A DNA stretch of 63,954 bases, filler included, from Lenisia limosa (lineage: Eukaryota > Protista > Breviatea): NCBI GenBank assembly GCA_001655205.1. It is 6 parts of 6 records of this genome, joined end to end, with 100 filler letters (N's around TTAATTAATTAA, not from the genome) between each part and the next. Parts side by side here need not be neighbours in the genome. Positions count along the whole stretch, not along the records: positions 1 to 28,353 come from LPNZ01009208.1; 5 more parts are not named here. One strand, written 5' to 3'. The translations under genes were made by a program, and so were the position numbers. Positions 1 to 15,300 of this stretch are shown one piece after another (the first letter of the stretch is position 1; every line of letters starts with the position of its first letter). Under the pieces are notes generated by a model, which searched no databases, was not told the DNA's origin, and saw only the letters and a program-made list of their open reading frames with translations.

Positions 1-200
1 TTCAAGACCAGGTCTTACTATCAGCTTTTAGCTCTCAACTGACTCTCAAATCCACAAGACAGGCATAAAACATCTACAGTTAAAGGTTTGGTGGTTGCAG
101 TGTTGATCATCTTGATCTGCTTTAAAACAAAAAAAACACCCCATCTTGTGTGTGTGTATTTTAAAGTGTTAAAAAGTTTTAATTAATTAAAAAGAACACA

Positions 201-3200
201 ATGAGCACCCCTGTGGAGGACACTCCTGAAGAAATCATTCTTCTAGAGCCGCCTGTGGTGAGATTTGCGAAGTTTAGCATGGTTATTAATGTAACTTAGA
301 GTGTTTCTGAGAAGCCCAATTCCCCACAACAAGATGATGAAGGTAGTCTTCTTCTGTTTTCCCCCCATGGACACCTTGTTCCTAAAAAAATGCCTTTAAC
401 ACCGTAGTTGACTACTCAGGCGACGATGTAGAAGTTGCTACTGAAGTTGAACCTTCCTCCCAACCTGAAAAAGAAAGCAACAAGGAGGAAATGAAAGGTA
501 CCAAGCTTCCTGAAGGAATGGACATGGAGTTACCGACTTCAAGAAAAGAAAGGGATGACAAGGATACCTGGGAGAGACCATCAAGGAGGGTATGATGATG
601 TTTCCTTTCTTTCAATCTGGGGTGGCTTCACCTTCCAATAGAGTTATTGTATCAAAAACAGGTGCAACCTTTCCTTGTCTCATTTCTATCAATAATATGG
701 TAAATATAGGGAGGGTTGATAGCGTTTGTGGAACGTTAATGTCCCATTTTCACATATGATATGATAATATATGTTTGTTGGTGGACTTGAGATAGTTTGT
801 TGTGGACTTGAGTCAACATCCATTCTGAAGCATGTTGGATAAAGACTTTAGTTATTTTTTTGAGATACATTAAATGACATAAAATATTTTATAGGGTTTT
901 TTTTTTTGATCTTATCCTTAATAGATAGGGTGCTTCTTGTATGCTAACATTTTAGGCNNNNNNNNNNNNNNNNNNNNNNNNNNNNNNNNNNNNNNNNNNN
1001 NNNNNNNNNNNNNNNNNNNNNNNNNNNNNNNNNNNNNNNNNNNNNNNNNNNNNNNNNNNNNNNNNNNNNNNNNNNNNNNNNNNNNNNNNNNNNNNNNNNN
1101 NNNNNNNNNNNNNNNNNNNNNNTGATGCCGCCGCCCGGCCACCCGTATTACCCGCCGTTCGACCCACGTTACCCCGAGATGTACCCCCCAGATGCATTTT
1201 ATGACCCACACTTTTACCCCAGGGACCCCAGGGACCTTCCCCCGCCGCCCCACATGAGACCTCGTTACGACCCTCGCGACCCTCGCGATTTTGACAGAAA
1301 TGACAGGCCACGCCGGCCTAGAAGCCCCCCCAGGCGACCGGCTGATCCCCGTTTCCGTGATCGGTGTGTGGGCAGACTGTCTCCATGCAGGGAAGAACAG
1401 GAAATCTCTTGCCGCATATTTTGGTGTTGTAATGGCCTGTCATTTCACGAAAGCTTTTTGATCGCTGTCCCTGGGATGAACCCGCTCCAACCTCCCCACT
1501 TCTGCATCCATTAACTAAATGTGCTTCCTCCTACTTTATTTTCTGACCACCGTTGGAGACCACCCAGACACCTGTCCAAAAGGGGTACTCTTCAGTGAAT
1601 GCTGTTTTTCAAGTTTTCAGTTCAGATCTTCTTGTTTTTTTTTTTTGTTGTTGTTTGTTTCTTCAGTGTTTCCCATTTTAATAATTTTAGCGAGCCAAAG
1701 CGTGATGATAGAAGAACAGCAGGAGAGAGGAGACCAGGACCGCTGAGGTTAGTAGGGTATCCCCGCCTTGGAAAATGTTAGAGACGGAGGGAATTATGAT
1801 TCAGCTTATAGCTTGAAGAAGTGGTGATGAGTGTGTATCTGTTTAAGAAGGATGCAATCATTGTTGCCTGTCATCCTACAACTAATGCAATACTTTCCAT
1901 TTTATTAGTTATTTTGGATGAGCGGATGGATATGAGTTTTGTTCTATGTAAATGATGACATCTGCAGACCTGAGGAGAGACCCTTTGAAAGAAGAGACGA
2001 AAGGAGAGAAGAAAGAAGGCCAGAAGAAAGAAGAGAAGAGAGAAGGACCATTGAAAGAAGGCAAGAGGAGAGAAGACCGGAATTCCGTGACTACCCTCTC
2101 AGAGATCCGAGAGAAAGAGATCCGAGAGAAAGAGAGCCAAGAGACATGAGGGAAAGAGAACCGCATGACCCTCCACGGTTATCACGAGACCTTCGTCAGC
2201 CCCACGACCAAATGAGGGAGCCACGACCATACCCTCCGGTGCCTCAAAACAGTAAACCTCCTCACGGCGCCAGCCCTCGTGATAGCAGAGAGAAGAGGCC
2301 CGATCCTCGCCAAGACCCCCGAGATGCCCCAGGCTACGGCCGCGATTCCCGTGACGGACCGAGAGATATGAGAGAAATACGTGAGTCACGAAGAGGACCA
2401 CAGGATCTGCTTAACAGAGAGCGACAGATGGAGCCGAAGTCTGATNNNNNNNNNNNNNNNNNNNNNNNNNNNNNNNNNNNNNNNCGGGACATGCGGTACC
2501 CCAAAGAGCCCCGAGCCGAACAAAGAGACCACTATCGGGAAGCCCCTCGAGGGAACCAGTATGAACCCCCGCTTCTCAATCCTGAAGGTATGTTTTGATA
2601 TTCTTTTTTGAAGAAGGACTTCAATAGACCAGGAAATTTTCGCGATTATTGAAGATATCTCTTTTTAAACTGATAGACAGTGAATTATTGCTCAATCAAT
2701 AAGCCATATCCCTTCTGACATCCAGGACGAGGCTTGCTCGAGCAGCCCCGGAGCCGCAATATCATTGTAAGTTGTTTTCAAATAATTCCCTCAAAAGACT
2801 AGCGACCCCCCCCCCTTTTTTTTTTTTTTTTNNNNNNNNNNNNNNNNNNNNNNNNNNNNNNNNNNNNNNNNNNNNNNNNNNNNNNNNNNNNNNNNNNNNN
2901 NNNNNNNNNNNNNNNNNNNNNNNNTACAGCAGGTTCGCGAGTTTGGGAACCCAGACGCTGCAGATATCAGCGGTAGTCGTGGCAACCCAAGATACCGCGA
3001 CGGTTGGTGATGTCCATCCTTGCGTCGTCTGACTCTTACAGATAAACGTGACCCGCGAGCACGAGATGGCAAAATGCCCCCTGCAAGACGGGAAATGGAT
3101 TTCTTTAAAGGTAGGTGTTTCTCAATTATGGATTAATTTTTTTCATATCTCATAAGCGTGATGTTGTGGACGGCTTCGGCCAGGTGCTACCTGATTTTTT

Positions 3201-3406
3201 TTTATTTCTCATTGCAATATATTAGATAATTTTTACGCAATAGAGCCAGAGTACATCCCTTCTGCCGATCGCAAATTCATCAAAAGTTAGTGGTTGAGAA
3301 GCATGGTAGTATTAGCTGAAAAATTTGGCTGTAGATAACCTTTTCAGCTGAAGACTATTATGCTGACAGTCGAGAGGTACTGGAGAGAGAATTCAATGCG
3401 TATTAA
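201..3406 (+). CDS. Multi-exon gene for a low-complexity Arg/Asp/Pro/Glu-rich protein of unknown function
   Basis: ATG at 201 (MSTPVEDTPEEIILLEPP). GT-AG exons join in frame through DPRDPR/RREERR repeats (ORFs 1125-1514, 1939-2598) to ...DKRDPRARDGKMPPARREMDFFK-EPEYIPSADRKFIK-TEDYYADSREVLEREFNAY-TAA (3404-3406). N gaps hide parts. Confidence 0.7.
3152..3215 (+). mobile_element. Family B element, 3' part
   Basis: ATAAGCGTGATGTTGTGGACGGCTTCGGCCAG...TTTATTTCTCATTGC. Intron of gene 1, sense. Confidence 0.75.
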
Positions 3407-3607
3407 CTCTTATTGTTTGTTCTGGTATTACATCATATGATATGATGATATAATGTACTTTAGTATTAATTCCCTTCCATATTAAATAAGTAAGATACAT
3501 CAAGGAGGAAGAATGACCAAAGTTGGCAGCCCTGTAAGAGCAAAACAGGAATCGAAACAAAACACAATACACGAAGAAAAAATAGTAAGAAACAACTAGA
3601 TTACACT

Positions 3608-6600
3608 TTAATAGTCCTCTCCACCACCATTATTTGGGGTTTGATCAGGAGCATCTTCGTTGAAATCATCAAATTCTTCGGAGCCAGGGCCTGAATGTTA
3701 CTGTAAAAAAGGAAGGTATCATACCATCATCCTTGACCTCAACCGATGCAGGTTCTTCTTTCGTCTCATTTGCCTGGGGTTCTTCAGTTGCGGCCTGATT
3801 CGGTGTAACAAAGCAGCAAAACGTTATCGAAATAATAGCGTATCATACCTGGGCTTCAGGGGCAGGGGGGTCAGCTACAGCCTGGCTTGGTGCTTCGACA
3901 GGTGTGGTATTTTCCTCCGCGTTTTGGGTGCTTTCTTCAACTTGGCTGGTACTTTCTTCAACATTCTGAGCAGGAGTGTTTTCTTCAACCGGGACGGTAC
4001 TTTCTTCATTTTGGGGGGTTGTAGCGGAATTGTCAGCGTCTGGTGTCTATGGAGTCATGGCTCCGTGTAATTATTTTTTGAAGAAATTAATTGACAAAAT
4101 TTGAAATTAAAGTGTTGGAGTTCCCATGACAACAGGTCTCACTTCAAATTTTGTTTTAATTTTTCAATTAATTGCGCTCTATAAATGGAAGCAAATCACA
4201 AGTTTACCCATCAGAACCCCCCCCCCCCCNNNNNNNNNNNNNNNNNNNNNNNNNNNNNNNNNNNNNNNNNNNNNNNNNNNNNNNNNNNNNNNNNNNNNNN
4301 NNNNNGAAGCTCAGAAGAGGACTGAATTGTAATGGGACGCTGAGTACTCACGCTTGGTTCTGAAGGGGGCAATGTGGTGGTGGAGGGCGAGGGTTTCGGA
4401 CGTGCAGCAGCAGCAGCATTGGACTTGTCAATAGACGCATTTTGCAGGTCACGTGCAACGTCACGTGACTCTTGATCCGGGCATAGTTCAACAACCTGAA
4501 TATTAGTTTCCCTAAAATATAGATACTACATGGCAAGTATACATACTAGTATATGAATATTACACTTTCCTGCCAAATTGTTCAAACCCTTTAAAGACGT
4601 AAATAAGTGATCCCACTCACAGTGTGACCAGTTTCTGTGGTAGCAGCAAAGTCGGCATGGTGTGTACCCAGCAGTTCTATCATTGCAACCTTGGGGGGGG
4701 GGGGGGANNNNNNNNNNNNNNNNNNNNNNNNNNNNNNNNNNNNNNNNNNNNNNNNNNNNNNNNNNNNNNNNNNNNNNNNNNNNNNNNNNNNNNNNNNNNN
4801 NNNNNNNNNNNNNNNNNNNNNNNNNNNNNNNNNNNNNNNNNNNNNNNNNNNNNNNNNNNNNNNNNNNNNNNNNNNNNNNNNNNNNNNNNNNNNNNNNNNN
4901 NNNNNNNNNNNNNNNNNNNNNNNNNNNNNNNNNNNNNNNNNNNNNNNNNNNNNNNNNNNNNNNNNNNNNNNNNNNNNNNNCTCAAGAAAATAATCCCATA
5001 CCTCAATGTGTCCGGCACCCACGGCATAGTTCAGTACAGTCTCGCCATACTAAAGGTCAGGCTCATTCTCTGGTCAACAAGAGGATATACATCTTTCATT
5101 TCCATACATTGTCTTTTTGCAAAAGATCCACTGGAGTATTGGGGGCCTCAGGAAGAGTTGTCAGCTGAGGCTCTTGGGGCTCTGAATTGTGGAAACGAAA
5201 ATGTTACCATCGAGTTAGGGAATCCGATGTTCTCTTTGAATTGTGTAAAATAACTGTATTATATCGATATATATTACAAATAATATATAGTATACTATAT
5301 AAATATATGCATATGATATATATCAGGTATTACTACTATGATATCACAACGTTGTATTATCCATGTAGCATTAATATCAGGAAAAACTACTAACCTTCAA
5401 CAGTAGGGGTGTCAGATTCTTCGCGAGTTCCCTAATTATCATTAAGAAGATATCATATACTCTTTCTCTGAAAAAAAAAAAATCATTTGCAATGTACGGG
5501 ACCTCACCTCAGAAAGTGGTTGCGGTTGAGTCTCAGTAGAAGGCTCCTCCACCAGCTCTGCAGCCTCAATTTGTTCTTGGTTGACCGGTTCGGATGGCTG
5601 TGATATCAATTCTGAAGCACAAACACCCCAAACAACAGCCCTTATGGACACTTATGGACAACTTCGTATATGATATCATATAAACACAAGTGCTACAAAA
5701 AATTAGATATACACACAAGTGATACAAAAAATTAGATATTTATTACAAAACATTTGGGTCAGAAATTGGCCAGATGCCCGCTCACATCTCGGATGCCACT
5801 ACCATCAGCCCATGCCTCAATCTCCATTCGACCTTCAAAGGCAAGAACGTGCAGGGGGAATGACACCTCAGGTTTGTCTATTAAATAAAATAAAGAACAA
5901 AATTGAGTCAAGGAAGAGACAACTTACCAATAGTGGCAATTAGGGTGTGGGGATCCTCGAGCTCGCCTTCTGAACAAATGAGTCCAAAACGCGAATGTAA
6001 CGAAAACAAGCTACTACATACCTTCTTCTTCCATTTGTGCTGCCGCGGCAGCAGCTTCAAGTTCCTCCTGCTCCTCAACGGTTATCTCTTCCTCACTCAA
6101 TTCTTCCTCAGCTGCGGGGGGGGGGGGGGGGGNNNNNNNNNNNNNNNNNNNNNNNNNNNNNNNNNNNNNNNNNNNNNNNNNNNNNNNNNNNNNNNNNNNN
6201 NNNNNNNNNNNNNNNNNNNNNNNNNNNNNNNNNNNAACATAAGTCAATGAGTATTGTATTGGCAACCAGAAACACATATTGAACTTACGTCTCAGAGTGT
6301 ACTTAAAGTTGTCAGCTGGGCTGATGTTCACACCAAGATCATCTACAGAGTAAGCTAAAAGTCTTAACAGCAATAAGAGGTCATAGCCAAGGAGCCACAA
6401 TAGGTATCCGAGTGGTTGCATACTACTGTCGAGGAACTCTTGAATATACGCTTCAATTAATGGGGCATCTGCACCATGTACAATGCGACGAATATCGCCA
6501 CCCTGAGACATGACTGTGGAGAGTTTCTGGTGAAAGGAATTGCGGGACTATCTCTTTCAAAATATAACATGTTTAAAGTAGAAATATTAAGATTTTTTAA

Positions 6601-7268
6601 AAGGATATGATTACTTACAAAGTAAAATAGGTAAATTGGTCTTGAACATCCTCTGAACTTCTCAAACTTCTCAAAATCACCAGAGTTGGCCTTGAATAAT
6701 AAAGGAATGGTATACAGCTGTTTGAAACAAAAAGAATAGAATGAATTATCAAAAGCAACGATCCCCCAAAAAGAATCCAGAAAATTATTTCTCAGTACCC
6801 ACAATTAGAAGCTGAACGTTTCGTTCCTTAAGGTCATAATCAGCAGACATGCGGAGGAAAGAGGGGCCCATTGATTGGCATGGTCCACACCATTCAGCTG
6901 AACAGTCATTATTGTAACAACGCTGGTCATTCGTGTTACGAACACTACAAGAAGAAACAGCTTCTATCACTCAAATTATACACCAAATGAGCAATATGGA
7001 ACGTAATCATATAGTATTGTGAGCGAATCAGGGTCTCTGGTTTCAAAACCTTACCATAGACGTCAATAACTAAAGATGTAAGAGGGGGAAAGAAGGAAGA
7101 GAGCGCCCACCTAGTAGAGACTCTGATTCTAAGGCTTCTTGAAGGGATTCCTCCGTTTCAATTGGAGTTTGTACTGAAGCAATCTGAATATTAGCAGACT
7201 AAGTACCGCTAATACCCTACCTTTCCAAAAACCGTACTCTTACGAGAAGCTGAGCGCATATTGGACAT
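3608..7268 (-). CDS. NME8/NME9-type (TRX_NDPK family) thioredoxin domain followed by ankyrin repeats and an acidic low-complexity tail
   Basis: Spliced by eye: MSNMRSASRK..IASVQTPIETEESLQEALESESLLVIDVYAEWCGPCQSMGPSFLRMSADYDLKERNVQLLI-ANSGDFEKFEKFRGCSRPIYLFYF-GGDIRRIVHGADAPLIEAYIQEFLD. Downstream ankyrin-like exons: FPLHVLAFEG, DN-YGETVLNYAVGAGHIE, VAMIELLGTHHADFAATTETGHT. Last exon GPGSEEFDDF...GGGEDY-TAA. A split into two genes cannot be excluded because of N gaps. Confidence 0.7.
4069..4146. repeat. Family D dispersed repeat, copy 1
   Basis: AAAATTTGAAATTAAAGTGTTGGAGTTCCCATGACAACAGGTCTCACTTC is similar to 62563-62635. Confidence 0.55.
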
Positions 7269-8159
7269 TATCTTTGATTTTATTTGAAATTTTTGGTTTT
7301 CTTCTTTCTCTGTTGTTTGCAAGGTGCCTCCGGGGTGTGTTCAGCCTAGGAGGTGTATAGATATATAATGGGGGGATCGGGTCCAAATCTCAGTTGTAAA
7401 TGAAGTCCACATCATCGATTTTCCGGGCCTCATGAATAGAATGTTTTTGTCTTGTAGAAGGGGTCAGGTTACATCTAATTATGTTTCTTTAGGCTTATTG
7501 TAATAAAACTGATGGTAGAATAACCGATTTCGCTTGTCAAAATAGTATTCTCATTATCTTTACTCATCTTTGCTTCACTCTTCTTCTATACTCCCAAAAT
7601 TGTTTCTGTTACACTTATGGGATCTTCAACCAGTAATTCATTTTTGGATATTTCTGTAATAATAATCATCACATTCCCATTCTCTTCCTCTATATTTGCT
7701 TGTTTCTCCTGTTTCTCTTCATAAGTGCTTCATAACAACAACAATAACACTTCCACATTTTGTAACATTTCTTTTGAAAATGGAATAATTCTGATTTGAT
7801 GACGTGGACTTCGTGTATTAATTGCTTCTTAAAATGGGCCGNNNNNNNNNNNNNNNNNNNNNNNNNNNNNNNNNNNNNNNNNNNNNNNNNNNNNNNNNNN
7901 NNNNNNCGGAACCCCAGGTTCTTTGGGAATTTTTCGCGATAATGCTTCCCGGGGCGCCCCGGGTCTCATATAACGAAGGGGCTAATTGTCAATATACCCG
8001 GCGGCGTCCAGGGGAATTGATGCATTTTCAAGTTGGTTCACAAGCAGGTTCTTCAAGGCAGTCAAGGCAGTTCAAGTTGCGTTCAAATTCAAGTTCGTCA
8101 CGTCACTTCTTAACTAACTAACTGCATAGGTGCATAGTGCCATTTCATCTATCATCACC

Positions 8160-9883
8160 ATGGAAGATACTTCGAAAAGAAAGATATTGGGAGAAGAGGA
8201 ACTCAAGAAAATCGGTAGGAGAGAGAGGAGAACAATTCCCCTCCACTGTTTTAGTTGTGTAAAATGATAATGTAAAGTTTGAAATGAAATTCAACACTTA
8301 TTTTTATTTAGCTCCTTTTCTTCTTCTTCACTTTTGTAGAATGTTATAAAAGAAGGCCTTCAGAACCAGTTCCTGAAGGAATGACAAAAAGTGCCTTCAA
8401 GAAAATGAAACGTCAGCAGGCAACCAAAGAAAAATGGGCACAAAAAAAGATTGAGAAGAAGGAAAAAGGTGAGATTGTGAAACGGCGACCAGTCTTGGGG
8501 TTATATTCATAATCCTAGGACCGGATGCTTATTATTTCTCATTTCTACATACTATATCTTGACTATATCTTGTATCATTTACAGGATATATTAACCATGT
8601 AGCTGCCCGAAAGAAGCAGCAAATGAGGGAACTCAAAGAGAAAAACCCTGAATTGTGGAAGAAACTGAAGCCTGAGTACGACACTCCACGTGTTAGGAAG
8701 TCGGATAAGACAAAACAGGTATCAATCAGCGAAAATTGTTTCTTGAATTGAAATATTAAACAAAACTAGATTACAGAAGCAATTGAAGCAAATGAAGCTC
8801 CCAAGATTGTAATAGATTGTTCCTTCGAAGATAAAATGACAGAAAAAGAGAGTAAATCGAATGCCCAGCAGGTAATCAGATGAATTCTCTTCAGCATTGT
8901 GAAATGTCTCTTATTCAATAGTGCTTCTTTGCATTTGGTGCTGTAAGCTCTGGTCAAAAGCCTACACATCTCCACTTAACCAGCTACGGAGGGCTTTTAA
9001 AGGAGCAAGCTGAAAAGGTCTGTTGGAGATTGTTAATATGTTTTGTCGAAAGTGTTACCTTGTAGATTGCGGGAAACGAGAATTGGCCGATAACACGATC
9101 AGAGCAGCACTATTTGGAGTACTTCAAGAATTGTAAAGATAAACTGGTATGTGTCAACAACTTTCACCAATGTTTGCTGTTTTGGTTACAACGTCAGTGC
9201 ATGCTCTCTTGTTTTTAATTGTTCCTTTTTTGTTTGTGTTTGGCTTGATCCTCTTGGAGTTGTGGTTCTTTTTTTATCAGTTTTTTTTTGAGTTCACTCC
9301 ACAGGTATATTTGACAGCAGATGCAGATGATATTTTGGATGAACTGGATCCTTCTAATATTTATATCATTGGAGGAATTGTCGATAGGAACAGGTTTAAG
9401 GTAGGTTAATATTTGAAAGTTCTTACAATTCTGTCTCCTTCATGGACTTATTTTTTTTTTTAGGGAGGGTGCCATTCTTTAGCAAGAGAAGCAGGCATTA
9501 AAACAGCGCGGTTACCTATTGGCGAGTATCTTAATATGACAACTAGAAAAGTGCTCACCACCTTCCACGGTACGTATTTAGTGGTGCTCTATTTGACTAT
9601 GAACCAAACAATCCCACGTTCTCGAGTTCCCTTCAAGGAGACTATGACGATATAGTGTGTGATCTCTTGATCCATCGATTTGGAGGCAGCTCATGGCAAG
9701 AAGCAATGATGTCTGTCCTTCCAGCCAGAAAAGGTGCTGAGCTTAAAGATGGGGAGGATACCGAAAATGGTGAAGGTGGGTTGAAGTACCATGTTATTGA
9801 TGCTCTTTATTTTGTATGACTTGTTAGGTGAACAGCTGGACGAAACAGATGCTTGTGTAGAAGAACTTCAAGATGAAGAATAA
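8160..9883 (+). CDS. TRM10: tRNA (guanine/adenine-N1 at position 9) methyltransferase, SPOUT family Trm10/TRMT10
   Basis: Exons give KIVIDCSFEDKMTEKE, VYLTADADDILDELDPSNIYIIGGIVDRNRFK, TARLPIGEYLNMTTRKVLT (diagnostic Trm10 motifs). ATG 8160, TAA 9881-9883. Confidence 0.92.
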
Positions 9884-10039
9884 GGCTGTCCCTGATCATT
9901 TTATAATTGATTCTGTATTGGCTATTTTAACTTGTTATAAGATGGTTACAAGGTTACTAAGACCAGTTTTTCTTGCTATTTGGAAGATAAATCAATTCTG
10001 TGAACACAACTCTTGGAACATAACATGATGTAGAGACAA

Positions 10040-12005
<1,966 letters not shown>

Positions 12006-12091
12006 ATTCATGATTGAAAGTTAACGCACAATGCGATTTATTAATACTCAAGCTGTTTGAATTGAATCCCAATTGAACACAAAAAGGACCA

Positions 12092-12325
12092 TGACGTCAT
12101 GACGTCATGGCGATTTTGATATTTTTCTTTCCCTCTTTTACCACAGGGGGCTGCAGACGAGGATTATGACAATATTTTTCATCTGATCTAATTCTGATCT
12201 GAATCTGACCTGACCTGATCTGATCTGATCTGTAGCTGATCTGTGCTGATCTGTCATAGCGTCGAAGCCGTTTCACACCATTAATACTGCGTAATACTAT
12301 AAACACTAATCTGACTATCTGACTA
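12092..12325. promoter_or_regulatory. Divergent RPN11/SEC24 intergenic region with tandem TGACGTCA palindromes and degenerate (CTGAT)n array
   Basis: TGACGTCATGACGTCAT at about 12092-12108 and CTGAT/CTGAC repeats at 12181-12256, within a 365-bp head-to-head spacer. Regulatory role is inferred. Confidence 0.4.
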
Positions 12326-12370
12326 CTATACTACTATAATACGTTGAGCTGATAGCAGCAAAAATTTGTG

Positions 12371-15300
12371 ATGGCCTTCCCGAGCACGTATCAGGCACCT
12401 CTGCCCCCTACACCACTGTCCCATTTACCAAATAGTATCCCTATACTACAGCCACAACATCCACAACCGCACTTCTCTGCATCTTCCATTCCTCCAACAC
12501 CCCCAACTACAAATATGGCACCTCCCCGAACAGGTTTGCTCAAATCTATTGAGAGTCATCTCTCTTGTTTCATGGGTATTCGTATTTCCTTCAGTCACCA
12601 GTTGTCTCAGGTTTTTCTGATGATTTTTTCAGTTCCGCCTGTAACGCATAGCTCTCCTTTGAGACAAGAAACCCCCCTACTTGTTGCTGTCTCCTTTTAC
12701 AACGGCTATAACCTATATTTAGGACCGCCTTGCATGGCCATGGGGCAAAATGGCCCAGTGTCATCTACAAATCTGAACAGACTTGGGACTAGGCGTTACC
12801 ACCCTGTTACGGCTATCAAGGTCTGTTCAAGCAACAAAGGGCTGCAGTGACCTTCCAGAGCTCTCCTAATAGAGGTCCTGCTCCTTCTTCTCCAGGGTCG
12901 CAGAATCCATATTCTTCAAATAACCCAAGTTTGTCAAGAGTTACAAGATTTGTGAAACGGAAACAAGGAATGATGTGTTCAGCCGCCGCTTCAAAAGCGC
13001 CATCTCCGGCTACCGTCGTCTCAAAAGTCGAAGGAATTCGCCTGGAAAGCTCTCCCAAAGTTCGCTTGAGTATTTACTAAGCCTAACTTCTAAGGCACAT
13101 TATAAAGATGATGCCCAAGATGTTCTCACACGCTCAAGTGCACCCGGCGTTCTTCCCCCTCCGTGCCGTTCTGTCTCAGAGGTTTACCAGGGTTTTGTGT
13201 TTGTGGATAAGGGATTCATAGTCAAGATTCGGGATGCTGGAAATGCAACAGCGAAGTTTGCCAGGTCGACTCTCTACGTTTTGCCTTATCAAAAGTACCT
13301 TCTTAACCAGGTGGGAGTTTGTATTCATGGTTTAATTGACACAACAGGCCGCCTTACCGTTTGCCATCTTTTTCACTCCTTTTGCCAAGCCTTCAAATGG
13401 GGAGAAGGCTATTGAAACTGCAGGAATTATTAAATGTTTGGGGATTTAATATAATTACAAAGGGTGCATCTAGAGAGATTGTTTGATATTTCCAGCGCCT
13501 GTCACTGGTGGCTTTTCTTCAACCTCCATTGCAACACCATCTTCATCCCCATATGCCCAGGTAGGATTGGAATTTTGAATTGTTGTGGGAAATCAGTTTG
13601 TATTTTGCTATTCTAACCCCAATAAAGATCAAAACACATCCTGAACTCCCAGGTTCCTCAACCGTCTGTGCTGACACCGACACCCATGCCAGAAACGCCA
13701 AATGACGTGCCCGAGGTCCGGCATCATCCTGTTAGGTATGAGTACCTCTATTCATTCACGAGACAGGTGCCAGAGATGCCGTGCCTTTGTTAACCCTGGC
13801 TTCAAGTTCCAAGACGGCGGTGAAATGTGGGCGGTTCTGGGCATTTTTCCTTCAGTAATCGTGGAACCATAAGTGTTAATACCCTAGTATGGTTTGCAAT
13901 TTATGTGGAATCCGATCTCCTGTCCCCGACTATTACCGGTGTGCTTTGAACTTTGAAAACGTCCGGCAAGACCTTCAACAAAGGTGGTGGAAATTTCGTC
14001 AGTTACCTCATGACTTAGACCTGAGCTGAAGTACGGCGTCGTAGACTGGGTTGCGCCCAAAGAGTGGGTGAAGATTTTGGAGTGTTAAAGTACTTTCACT
14101 TTTCACTTTGTTGTGTAATTTCGTTAATTTTTTAGAATGTCATCAAGAGACCCAAAGCCCTTGAGATACATTTTCTTGCTCGAGGTTGTTTAGCCTGCTG
14201 GTCCTTTTGCTAAAATTTGTTTTGCAACCTCCATGGTCACCATTAGATACAAGGCTAATGAGACATTAGGTTAGTGACAGCGCGCTTACCAATGGACTTC
14301 TTTCGGCTAGCTGCTCCGCTATTATCAACAACATCAAACAGTTTGCTGGAAACAGATACCACAGCATAGGATATACTCATGTGGAATATGTACCCTTTTC
14401 AGGTGTTTTCTCTTCCTTGCTTTTTTCATCTTTCTGACAATATAGTCTTCCTGAAAATGCTGAAGTGGCATTTGTTACTTTCAATGATACTATCCACTTC
14501 TATTCTCTTGACGTGATGGTTTGCCGGGAAAGATAAATAGTTTTCTAGTACTCAATCACTCTTTCAGATGTCAAAGCCCCAAGTCATGGTGGTACCTAAT
14601 ATCACTGACCCTTTTTGCCCTTCAAACCAAATCTTTGTTCAGGTTTCGGCAGGTATGATGAAGGTTTCCCAAATACCAAAAACCTAAATTTGCGTCTACC
14701 TATTATGTATCATTTATGATATTATATATGATATGTACATGTATATGATATGTATTTTATGTTCGCTATGTGTACATAAATACATATATACTCTATATAC
14801 TATCATCTACTACATCCTATACTAAATATATAATATATGCATATGATATCATACTATGTACGTAATAATAATAATATGATATCCTATCATATTTTATTTC
14901 TTTTGAAGTTTAACCATTTAGCTCTCGAGGTCCTGGAACCTTTGATGAAAACTCTTCCCAAATTGTTTCCCCGAGAAGTGTGCCACGACTCCTGTTTCGG
15001 TAAGTCTATCTCAAGCAAGGCTCGAAGCAGTGNNNNNNNNNNNNNNNNNNNNNNNNNNNNNNNNNNNNNNNNNNNNNNNNNNNNNNNNNNNNNNNNNNNN
15101 NNNNNNNNNNNNNNNNNNNNNNNNNNNNNNNNNNNNNNNNNNNNNNNNNNNNNNNNNNNNNTTGGACAGGGGCTTTTGTCCTTATTCACGAATCCAATCC
15201 TTGTAGGTATACTGGGGAGGCACGCAGAAAGCTGTGTACACAGAGTTGTAAGGCAAATGACTGGGTGACTTATTATTATACTATTCTAATATCACTTATA

